DNA of 64,000 nt from an uncultured Gemmatimonadaceae bacterium (lineage in GTDB: Bacteria > Gemmatimonadota > Gemmatimonadetes > Gemmatimonadales > Gemmatimonadaceae), in NCBI GenBank assembly GCA_963829055.1, contig CAWHHI010000003.1, forward strand, positions 288,001-352,000. The letters run 5' to 3'. The notes below the pieces were generated by a model. That model was not told the DNA's origin. It was given only the letters and a program-made list of their open reading frames with translations, and did no database searches. The translations under genes were made by a program, and so were the position numbers. Below, piece after piece: positions 45,119 through 53,850 of this stretch. The stretch's first letter is position 1, and every line of letters begins with the position of its first letter.

Positions 45119-45732
45119 CTAGATCAGCACGCCGTACTGCGCGCAGCTCTCCGCGCCAAGCGACTCCGGATTCGTGAAGCGAATCGTGTGCATGCCGAGT
45201 GCTGCGGCAGGAGCGAGGTTCTGATCGCGGTCATCGACGAGCAGCGACGACCCGGGATCGGCCTGCGCGATCCCGAGCCCGCGCTCGAAGAACGCACGCT
45301 GCGGCTTGCGGACGCCGAGCCAGCACGAGCTGAGAAACGTCGGGAAGATCGCCTTCAGATCCGAAGCGATCGATGCGATACACGTTCAGCACCGCGGACT
45401 CGTTGTTCATCGTCATGAGCCGCACGCGACCCGACGCGGCGACGTGCTTCGCGATCTCGATGCGTGTACGGGTTCGGCTCGCTCAGCGCGAGCATGTACA
45501 ACTCGAAGTCCTCGCGCGAGAACAGGCGAGGCGTGTAGAACACGGTCACGTCGAGGTATTCCTCGAGCGACATCGCGCCGGTCTCGAACTCGCTCACGAC
45601 CTGATGATGGCGGTGCTCGAAGTCGTCTTCCTCGACGCCGAACTTCTCGAGCGCTCGTGCGCGCTGCTCGCGGTCCCAGCCATTCGTGCCGAGGACGCCG
45701 CCGATGTCGAAGAACACGTGCGTGAGGGCCAA
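45119..45732 (-). CDS. HAD-family hydrolase (frameshifted)
   Basis: VFFDIGGVLGTNGW, MTMNNES, RKP, FIDDR..N; TTG start after GGAG. Confidence 0.85.
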
Positions 45733-45787
45733 GTCCAGCTCCGCTGCGGTTGACCGGAATCTGCTACACGAGCCGTGACGAGAACAG

Positions 45788-46191
45788 CAACGGCAACGGC
45801 AAGACAGGATGGCCAGGATCGGCAGGATTGGACAGGATGATGGCCGGCATTCACCCGTGCTCGCGCAACGCGCCGTGAATAAGGCGACAGCCGCTCGGGA
45901 CGCGACTCTCACTGAGAGCTGTTCCTAGAAACGTTAGGCGGTGCGGCAACTGCAACTGCAGGACAGGATGGCCAGGATGACAGGATTGAACAGAGCCTCC
46001 GTGTCGCGCTCGCGGTCCCTCCCGCAACGAGCCCAGATGAGGGGAACCGCGGCTCGGGACGCCACTCTCCCTGAGATGTGTTCCTTCATTCGTTAGGCCC
46101 CGGCGACACGCTCCCCGACGCCGAAGCGGTCATCTTCTCAATCCTGCCAATCCTGGCCATCCTGTCCTGCAGTTGTTGTTGTTGTTGTTGC
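45788..46191. repeat. Two diverged ~155-bp tandem units plus an inverted terminal arm (ACAGGAT nonamer family)
   Basis: Heads at 45788 and 45946 (gcaacNgcaacNgcaRgacaggatggccaggat); tails gctcgggacgc.actctc.ctgaga...ttcct....cgttaggc; inverted arm 46140-46191. Confidence 0.8.
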
Positions 46192-46206
46192 TTGCTTGCT
46201 GTTCGT

Positions 46207-46779
46207 TCACACGCCGGGAACTCGCACCCACGTCAAATCTTCGATCCGCCAGCGTCCATCCTGTCGTCGTGCCAGGATTCGCCACGCGTTGCGACAATGC
46301 TCGCCGCAGCTTCGTCCGACGTAGGTCGTCGCGGTAATCCCGTCAGGCGCCAACCAGACCGGCGATAGCTCCACCAACCCGGCCGACCCCGAATACTCGC
46401 GGTAGAACGCCGCCCAGCCGTCAGCATTTCTCCGGAACAGGTCGGCGACCGCGTCCTCCGTCAGAGTGCGCGCAGGCAGCGACGGCGCGAGGCGCGTGAC
46501 GTCTATGGCGCGCGGGGCCGCGGATCTCGTGACTACAGACCCAAGCGGTTCGAGTGCGGGCCCGTTGGTCACGTCGGTTGCCCAGAGCACGAGACGCTGC
46601 GCATGCTCGCGACCGTTGAACAGCGAGTCCAGCGCCAGCCGCTGCACGGCGTACGTGGTGGTGTCATCAGCCTGACGCGTAGCGCTGCGGCCGCCGGTGT
46701 CCGTCGCGCATCGCGCGCCAACCACGAGCAGCGCTGCCGTCGCCGTCACGCGCGCCGCGTGGCGCGCGCGGATCTTCAC
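46207..46779 (-). CDS. Hypothetical exported or lipoprotein
   Basis: Hydrophobic leader with Cys; W.AFY..Y.GSAG.VELS.V...DG..A..YVG..CG..C. Confidence 0.7.
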   Translation of the reverse strand: MKIRARHAARVTATAALLVVGARCATDTGGRSATRQADDTTTYAVQRLALDSLFNGREHAQRLVLWATDVTNGPALEPLGSVVTRSAAPRAIDVTRLAPSLPARTLTEDAVADLFRRNADGWAAFYREYSGSAGLVELSPVWLAPDGITATTYVGRSCGEHCRNAWRILARRQDGRWRIEDLTWVRVPGV

Positions 46780-46786
46780 CGGCCGA

Positions 46787-47854
46787 TCATCGCCCGAACG
46801 GCGAGTACGCGATGCCGTCCGGACCGGCGCCGGTGGGCACGTAGCCGACGATGGTGCCACCCGCGATGTCGATCATGCGACGCGCGAGCTGCCCTGCAGC
46901 GCCACGAACGCCGTAGCGACCGTCGCGCGACAGCGATGATGCCCTCCGGCGACGGCGAGCCCGGGAATTCCGCCGTTCGGCCCGCACGCCCTCGGCCGGG
47001 ATCTTCACGGTCGCCCGGTCCTGTCGCGTCACCCGGTCGACGATGCGGACGACGGCGTTAGGCGGATCGGTGATGACGACGGTCCGACTGTCCGGCGTGA
47101 CGGCGAGACGGTAGGGCATCCCGAATCCGGACGATCGTGCCGCTGATCGTGCCGGCCTTCGGGTCGAGGATCGAAACGGTTTTCGCCTGGTTGCTGCCGG
47201 ACCCACACCTGCTCGCCGCCGGGCGCTCACCGCGATGCCCTCGACCGCCGGCGCGACGTTGTACTCGCGCACGAACTTGCGTCCCGGCACATCGATCTCG
47301 CTCACGGTGCCGTCGGCGATGTTGCTCGTGTAGATGCGCCGGCCGTCAGCCGTCAGCGCGAGCATGTGCGACGCCGGATGGTTCGTGGGGATCGAACCAG
47401 CGACCGTCCCGGCGTTGAAGTTCACGAGCACGATCGCTTTGCTCATCTCCGACGTCACGACGAAGAGCGAATCACCGGGCAGGAACGCCGAGCCGTGCGG
47501 GCGCCTGAACTCGCCGAGGTCGATCGTGCGCGTGACGACGGCGGCGGGCACATCGATCACCGTGAGCGTGTTCCCAGGTGCACCGCGCACGCCATAGTTG
47601 CTCACGACCGCCCAGCGCCCGTCGTGCGAGACGGCGACTTCGTGCGCGCCGTTGCCGGTGGGCAGCGTCGCGACGACGCGCTTCGAGGCGACGTCGATCA
47701 GCGTCGCGGTGTTGTCACCCATGTTGGCGACTATGACGGTGCCGCGCGCGGCTCGCCGCCGACGGCGTTCGGCGCGCTCGACGTGCCGTTCGACCTGCGC
47801 GCCGCTGGAACACGCGACGGCGGCGAGGAGCAGCGATGCGAGACGCATCATCAT
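46787..47854 (-). CDS. YncE/YVTN beta-propeller protein (frameshifts)
   Basis: Signal or lipobox; VANMGDNT.TLID, GAHEVAVSHDGR, RPHG, SHMLALTADGRRIYTSN, GAGPDGIA. Confidence 0.85.
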   Translation of the reverse strand: MMMRLASLLLAAVACSSGAQVERHVERAERRRRRAARGTVIVANMGDNTATLIDVASKRVVATLPTGNGAHEVAVSHDGRWAVVSNYGVRGAPGNTLTVIDVPAAVVTRTIDLGEFRRPHGSAFLPGDSLFVVTSEMSKAIVLVNFNAGTVAGSIPTNHPASHMLALTADGRRIYTSNIADGTVSEIDVPGRKFVREYNVAPAVEGIAVSARRRAGVGPAATRRKPFRSSTRRPARSAARSSGFGMPYRLAVTPDSRTVVITDPPNAVVRIVDRVTRQDRATVKIPAEGVRAERRNSRARRRRRASSLSRDGRYGVRGAAGQLARRMIDIAGGTIVGYVPTGAGPDGIAYSPFGR

Positions 47855-47861
47855 CGATTCA

Positions 47862-49477
47862 TCACGAGTTCGTCATTGGCGGTTGCCCTGCGAGCTCCAT
47901 GCCACTTCTGCATTCAGACTCTCGATATCCCGGAAGATGCTGGCGACGGCCAGCGTGCGCCCGCCGCGCTTGAACCGCACCGCGACATCGCGCGCGGACG
48001 GATCGCCATCCACTTCGACCTCGTCCCACTGCTCGGCGTGGCCGACGTAGTTGATCGACACGTCGTAGTGCGCGCTCCAGAAGAACGGGACGTCGTCGTA
48101 GGGCCATCCCAGCACCGAGCATGTTGCGCGCGGCCGCCTGTCCCTGCCGTTCGGCGTGTACCCAGTGCTCGACGCGAATGCGCTCGCCGGTGTACGGGTC
48201 AGGGTACCGCGCGATGTCACCGGCCGCGAATACGTGCGGCGCGCTCGTCTCCAGAAACTCGTTGACGGTGACGCCGCGATCGATGGCCAATCGAGCCTGT
48301 TCGGCCAGACCGGTGCGCGGCCTAACGCCGACGCCGATGACGACCAGGTCGGCGGCGAGCGTTCCCGCCGCTCTTGAGCGTCACGTCGCGGTCGCCAATG
48401 GCTGTCGCCGTGTCCTCGAGGTGGAAGACGACGCCATGCTCCTCGTGCAGCGCCTTGACGAACGTGCCGAGCTCGGTGCCCATGACGCGCTCGAGCGGCA
48501 GCTTCTCGGGCGCCACGACGTGCACGTCGATCTCCGCGCGTTTCGAGCGACGCCGCGACCTCGAGGCCGATGAAGCTCGCGCCGATGACGACCGCGCGCT
48601 TCGCCGTCTTCGCCTTGTCGATGATCGCCCGGCTGTCGGCCGAGCGAGCGCAGGTAGTGCACGTGGGGCAGGTCGGCACCCGGCAGCGGAAGTCGAACCG
48701 GGTCGGCGCCGGTGGCGAGCAGGAGACGGTCGAATCGGTACGTGGCACCGTTCGCGAGCTGCACCTCGCGCTTCGGCGAGTCGAGCGCCGAGACTTGCGC
48801 GTCGTGCACGAGATCGATCCGATGCTCGGCGTGAAAGCCCGGCGGGCGCAGCGGGATCCACTCCTCGGGCGCGTTGCCGGCGAGGTAGTCCTTCGAGAGG
48901 TTCGGACGATCGTACGGCGAGTCGGGCTCCGCGTCGAGCATCGTGATGCGCCCGCTGTAGCCGAGCCGGCGGAGCATCTCGGCGGCGCGTTGCCGGCGGC
49001 GCCAGCGCCGACGATGACGATGTCCTCCGGTGCGCTGGCCGGATGGCGCGACGACGTGCGCGGCGTGCGCCGTCGCTCGCGTTCGCGTGACGCCGCGCTT
49101 CGGCTTCCTCACTCGGCGCGAGCGGATCGCGATCTGTCTTCGCTGGTGACGCGCACGCGATCGCCGGTGCGCTCGACGCGCCAGCACGCGACGGGGTTGA
49201 GTGCCGGCGCGCCGACGGCTTCGCCCGTGCGGAGGCTGAAACACGCGTGATGCCAGGGACACCGAACGGTGTCTTCGACGAGGAGCCCTTCGGCGAGCGG
49301 CCCGCCGTAGTGCGTAGCAGGTGGCGCCGATCGCGAAGACCTCGTCACCGCGTCGAGCGAGCAGCACGGCCTCGCCGTCCGCGTGACCGAGGAGCATCGC
49401 GCCATCGGCGAGGTCGGCCGAGCGGAATGCCTGACGCGAGATCCGGTCCTTTCAGCTCCTTCTCGCCCGCCACCCAT
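47862..49477 (-). CDS. Rieske [2Fe-2S] plus FAD/NAD oxidoreductase (AIFM3-like; frameshifted)
   Basis: HYGGPL...[53 protein letters not shown]. Confidence 0.9.
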
Positions 49478-49545
49478 GTCGCCCCTGCACACGCTGAGTT
49501 GCGGTAATCATATGCTCGGTCGCGAGCGTCCGTCACCAAGGAACT

Positions 49546-49688
49546 GCACTACGCAACGCAGAACGCTCAGGACGCGCAGATCACACAGAAACTGGACCCA
49601 AGAGACGAATTCGTTTCAAATGGCCGCTTCGAGGAGCCGATGTTTCTGCGGATTCTGAGCGCTCTGAGGCTTCTGCGTTGCGTAGTGC
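49546..49688. repeat. Inverted-repeat element with nonamer-periodic arms
   Basis: Perfect 18-bp terminal arms gcactacgcaacgcagaa / ttctgcgttgcgtagtgc. Confidence 0.85.
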
Positions 49689-49700
49689 TGTTTCAGCCGG

Positions 49701-50681
49701 CTACGGGTTTCGCACAGGAGATCCCTCGCTGACGCTCGGGATGACAACGCTGACGCTCGGGATGACAGCGCTGACGCTCGGGGCGACACCGTCGGGGTTC
49801 CGAATCCGACGCGAGAATTCCGGCGAGGTCGCGTAGCGGCGCGCCTGGACATTCACGCGGAAGCGGCGGCGCGCTTCGTCGAGCGAGATCGAGTTGTCAA
49901 TGAGGCCGAGGCTGTACGCGACACCGTCGGCGTAACCGGGCAGGATCGTCCGGATCCCGTGCGGCACCGCGCGCGGCACGATGCGGTTCACGTGATCGAC
50001 CATGTTGCTCGTGCAGTTGTTCGTCAGCGTGTTGTAGAACTCCGGCTTCGTCGCGAGCGCGTTCGAGCGGGTGAGCATTTCCGTGAACAGCGTTCGTGCC
50101 CGCGCCGGAGTGGTGCGGATCGGGTAGACGTACACGTCGTACCCGCCGTACACGGCGCGCGAGCCGATGAGATCGCGTTCGTCGCCGATCACGTAGATCA
50201 CTTCGAACTGGTTGAAGAGTCCGGTGAGCGCGCTGTACGTCTCGGTCGGCTCACGGCGTGCCTCGACCGAGATCGCGACGTACTGCGAATCCGAGAAGCC
50301 GAAGCTGACGAACGTGTGGGCCGGACCGCGCCAGGTCTTCGAGAACGGGGTGACGATGAACCAGACCGTCTCGAGCTTGCTCAGGTCGTAGTCGCGATCG
50401 TCGTACGCCGGCGTGAACTGCTCCTCGCTCGTGTACGTGAAGTTGCGCACGTGATGGAGGTGCACCGAATCGCCGCGAATGTCGGCGTGCGCCATGACCG
50501 CGTGCTGGGCAGCCCACGTGCGATCGGCGCGCGGTTGCATGACGATCAACGCAATCGCCCACGCGACGACGAGCAGCGCGACGGACGCACCAGCGAGTTT
50601 CCCAGCCTTCCTGACGCGCTTCCGTCCGTCGGCCGATGCGTTCATGCGATTCGTCCTCTGGTCGTCCGCCTCGTTATTCAT
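49701..50681 (-). CDS. DUF4105 (Lnb-type periplasmic domain) protein
   Basis: VRNF.Y, AHTFVSFGF, ISVEARRE, ERDLI, FYNTLTNNCT; start uncertain. Confidence 0.9.
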   Translation of the reverse strand: MNNEADDQRTNRMNASADGRKRVRKAGKLAGASVALLVVAWAIALIVMQPRADRTWAAQHAVMAHADIRGDSVHLHHVRNFTYTSEEQFTPAYDDRDYDLSKLETVWFIVTPFSKTWRGPAHTFVSFGFSDSQYVAISVEARREPTETYSALTGLFNQFEVIYVIGDERDLIGSRAVYGGYDVYVYPIRTTPARARTLFTEMLTRSNALATKPEFYNTLTNNCTSNMVDHVNRIVPRAVPHGIRTILPGYADGVAYSLGLIDNSISLDEARRRFRVNVQARRYATSPEFSRRIRNPDGVAPSVSAVIPSVSVVIPSVSEGSPVRNP

Positions 50682-50741
50682 CGCTGTCGACGACGACTCG
50701 TCGTGTGTACAGGTTACCTCCCCGTTGACCCGCAACATGCC

Positions 50742-50850
50742 GGCCAGTATTGGTATCTGTTTGCGACGAAATATAATACGGACGAGGCGGCGGAGCGCGT
50801 GAAGTCGTTAGGCGGCCAGGTGCTGCACGGACCCGATGAATTACCCTCGG
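50742..50850 (+). pseudogene. Fragment of a VOC/glyoxalase gene
   Basis: TDEAAERVKSLGGQVLHGPDELP with no flanking gene body. Confidence 0.45.
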
Positions 50851-50939
50851 CACCGGTCCGGTTGATCCCCGACACGGGGAGCGCCGCGTTCATGACCAGT
50901 TCAGCCTCGCCACGCAGTTTCCGGCTACCTGGAACGAGA

Positions 50940-51804
50940 ATGTCCGTGCGCGCCATCATCACGCTGTTCCTTCTCATCATCACCACCACCGCCGCACGCA
51001 GCGGCGCGCAACAAACATTGACCGGAACCGCGGGCGCATCGGGAGATTCGGTGCGCCCGTCGCTGGTTGTGACGTCGGGGCCAACGAGTCGGCCGGAGTT
51101 CGGACGCAACACTCTCGCGATGGCGACGGGGGCGCTCGGCGCGGCTGTCGCCGTGTCGCTGTTCGACTCGCGCCTGCTCGACTGGAACGCGGCGGCTCGG
51201 GAATCACGCGGAGATGGACCGCGGCTCGGCCTTCGGAAGCATGATCGGCGGACCCGGGCCCATCGCGCTCGGTGCCACGCTGTATGCGGCGGGACGCGGT
51301 CACGGGCGACGGGTTCGTCGACGAGCACTGGTCGCGAAGTCATGCGGGCCGTGGTCGTGAGCGGCGGCCTCACGGCGGTGATGAAGGGGGCGGTCGGCCG
51401 GACTCGCCCGTTCGCATCGCCCGGCGACGCGGATGAGTACAACCCCGGCCACGGGTTTCTCAACAGCGTGCGCGGGCGTCGTTTCCGTCGGGTCACACGA
51501 GCGCCGCGTTCGCCACCGCGACCGTGCTCGTCCGCGAGATGGACGTGGCGCATCCGACACGCCGCTAGATCGTGAATCCGCTCTTGTTCGGCAGCGCGAC
51601 GTTCGTCGGCTTTTCGCGCGTCTACGACCGACCAGCACTGGCCGAGTGACGTGGTGGTGGGGCGGCGTTAGGGTCGATCACCGGATATGAGGTCGTTGCG
51701 CATGCCCACGGCGATCGCTCGCGCATAGACGCTCGGGTTCCTGTCGCACCTCGTGATTGGCCCGCAGAAGCAGTGGCATGCAGCTCGGATGGTCGCTTCG
51801 GTAG
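50940..51804 (+). CDS. PAP2 family phosphatase, exported type (frameshifted)
   Basis: KGAVGRTRP, SFPSGH, SRVY...HWPSDV. Confidence 0.8.
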
Positions 51805-51849
51805 CAAGAGGCAGCGCGTAAGCAAGTTGGACGAATACTGTGTGCGGGC

Positions 51850-52824
51850 GTGCTGCTTGCCGCGTGCCGTGCGCGCTGTCGGTCAGGAGATGGGCACCGG
51901 GTCGCATGCTCGTCGGCGGCCCCCAAGCGGCAACTCGTATGGCGCGACTCGACGACCGCGTTCGTGTACACGCGGCCGCAGCCGTTCCACGCCGTGACCG
52001 GCGTCCCGAAGACGTTAGGCATCACCGCCCGCGAGACGTTTCGCGCGCGGAACGTCCCGATGATGCTGGTGGTCACGACGAGCACGCTGGCCCTCATCGC
52101 GATTGACGAGCCGGTGCTGCACGAGTCTCGTCGGTTGGCGTGGCGATTGGGCCTCCCGCCGAATCACCCGTCGGCGAACGTGCGCCTCGGGCCGTTCAAG
52201 ATGGCGTTCCCAACGACCGTCGGCTCCGGACTCTATTTCATTGGCGACGGGCTGACGAGCGTGGGTCTCGCGTCGGCGTTCGCCGCGCGCGGCGCGCTCG
52301 CCAACGACATGCGGGCGCGACGGACCGCGAGCGAGGTGATCGAGGCGCTTCTCGCGTCAGGCACGGTGGCGCAGGCGCTCAAGCACGTCGCCGGACGACA
52401 GACGCCGTCGGAGGCGACGGTGCCGCGCGGCCGGTGGCGACCGTTTCCCAACCTCCGAGACTACAGCGCGAACGTTCCGGCGTACGACGCGTTTCCGTCC
52501 GGCCACCTAACGACGACGATGGCCGTGGTCACCGTGATCGCCGGGAACTACCCGGAACACCGATTCATCTGGCCGGTCGCCGCTGTGACCATGGGGGCGT
52601 TGTCGTTCACGATGGTGAATAACGGCGTGCACTGGGCGAGCGACTATCCACTCGCGCTGGCGATCGGCACTGCCGTCGGGAAAGTCGTTGTCGCGCGAGG
52701 GCGGCTGGTGGTTCGTCGACCGGCAAACCCATCAGATGCGGTTCCGCCAGCAACCCACCAGTCGCGCGTGCACGTCACGCCGCTTCTCGGCGCGGGCGTG
52801 CTGGGGCTGCGAGCGAGCTGGTAA
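51850..52824 (+). CDS. PAP2 family protein (start uncertain)
   Basis: KHVAGRQTP, YDAFPSGH, NNGVHWASDYP. Confidence 0.85.
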   Translation: MLLAACRARCRSGDGHRVACSSAAPKRQLVWRDSTTAFVYTRPQPFHAVTGVPKTLGITARETFRARNVPMMLVVTTSTLALIAIDEPVLHESRRLAWRLGLPPNHPSANVRLGPFKMAFPTTVGSGLYFIGDGLTSVGLASAFAARGALANDMRARRTASEVIEALLASGTVAQALKHVAGRQTPSEATVPRGRWRPFPNLRDYSANVPAYDAFPSGHLTTTMAVVTVIAGNYPEHRFIWPVAAVTMGALSFTMVNNGVHWASDYPLALAIGTAVGKVVVARGRLVVRRPANPSDAVPPATHQSRVHVTPLLGAGVLGLRASW

Positions 52825-52830
52825 GCGACG

Positions 52831-53574
52831 CTACTCGGGGCCGGGCTTCACCGCGCGCGATCGCAGGTGGAGGCTGATCGTTCCGAACTTGAGGTGTGAC
52901 GTCATCTGCAGCACCAGATGATCCGGATCGTCCGAGATCCAGACCTCGGCGCGTCCGTCTTCCGAGAAGACGCCCTTCGCCTTGATCACCGGTCGGATCA
53001 CGAGAGCGGCGAAACGTCCGGCGGGAACGTCGATCGTGTCTCGTTGCAGGACATCCAGCCGCACCGGATTGCGGTCGGGGATGAAGTAGCGCTCAAACTC
53101 GTACGTCGCTCCGAGCTCCAGCGGCACGGTGCGAAGAAAGTAGAGGAACGAGCCGTCATCGAGCGGGTGCGACACGCTCGCGCGCTCCGGCTTCCCTTTC
53201 GCGATGAACGTCGCGCGCTCGGGAAAGATCTCGTACTCGTGCAGTCGGTCGTGCGACCCTTCCGAGAGCTGCTGGCGAAAACGCAGCGACGAGAATGTCT
53301 CGATGTCGATCCAGCTCTCGAGGATGTCGTTCACGCGAAAGAAGAGCGTCCCGCCGGTGACCTGAAAGCGGGTGTGCCAGGCTCGGCGTCCGCGCACTTC
53401 CTCGATGCCCAGGATTTCCATGTTGGCGCGCCCGACCCTGAGCGGTCCGAACTTCACGTCGTACGTGAGGCGTTCGCCAACGGTGAGCGCCTTCGAGGGT
53501 GGAACTGCGGCGGACTGCCCGCTCGCGACCCGCGGGCCCGCGGCGGTCGCGAGGATGGCGACCACAATGGCCAT
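52831..53574 (-). CDS. DUF3108 domain protein
   Basis: Signal peptide; GERLTYDVKFG, IDVPAGRF, VWISDD..HL. Confidence 0.85.
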   Translation of the reverse strand: MAIVVAILATAAGPRVASGQSAAVPPSKALTVGERLTYDVKFGPLRVGRANMEILGIEEVRGRRAWHTRFQVTGGTLFFRVNDILESWIDIETFSSLRFRQQLSEGSHDRLHEYEIFPERATFIAKGKPERASVSHPLDDGSFLYFLRTVPLELGATYEFERYFIPDRNPVRLDVLQRDTIDVPAGRFAALVIRPVIKAKGVFSEDGRAEVWISDDPDHLVLQMTSHLKFGTISLHLRSRAVKPGPE

Positions 53575-53850
53575 CGTCGACACCCAGCTCCGTTGGTGGC
53601 AAACGCTAGCGGGACGCGCCTGTGTTGCGTGTGTTGCACGCGGCATTTCTGAAAATATCAATGGGAACTCGACCGGAGCTCACAGCATGGCACTCGTCGG
53701 TGTCGAGTCTGATACCCACGATCCAGCACGCGGGACGTAAACCGTTTGATCGTCTACGCGTGTCGGATAGGCGTGTCGGAGACGGGTGGTCCGGTCGCTC
53801 CTCCAACACGTCCGGCTTCTCGGGTTCCTCCATCCCGCACCGAGGCAGAC

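Noticed and set aside
45788..46098. CRISPR-like repeat-spacer units
   Set aside because: Only two diverged units of ~155 bp, with an inverted terminal arm; this fits a MITE-like repeat better.
49959..51575. 538-aa ORF as a single gene
   Set aside because: It is a chance read-through of the antisense of DUF4105, a VOC fragment and the start of the PAP2 gene.
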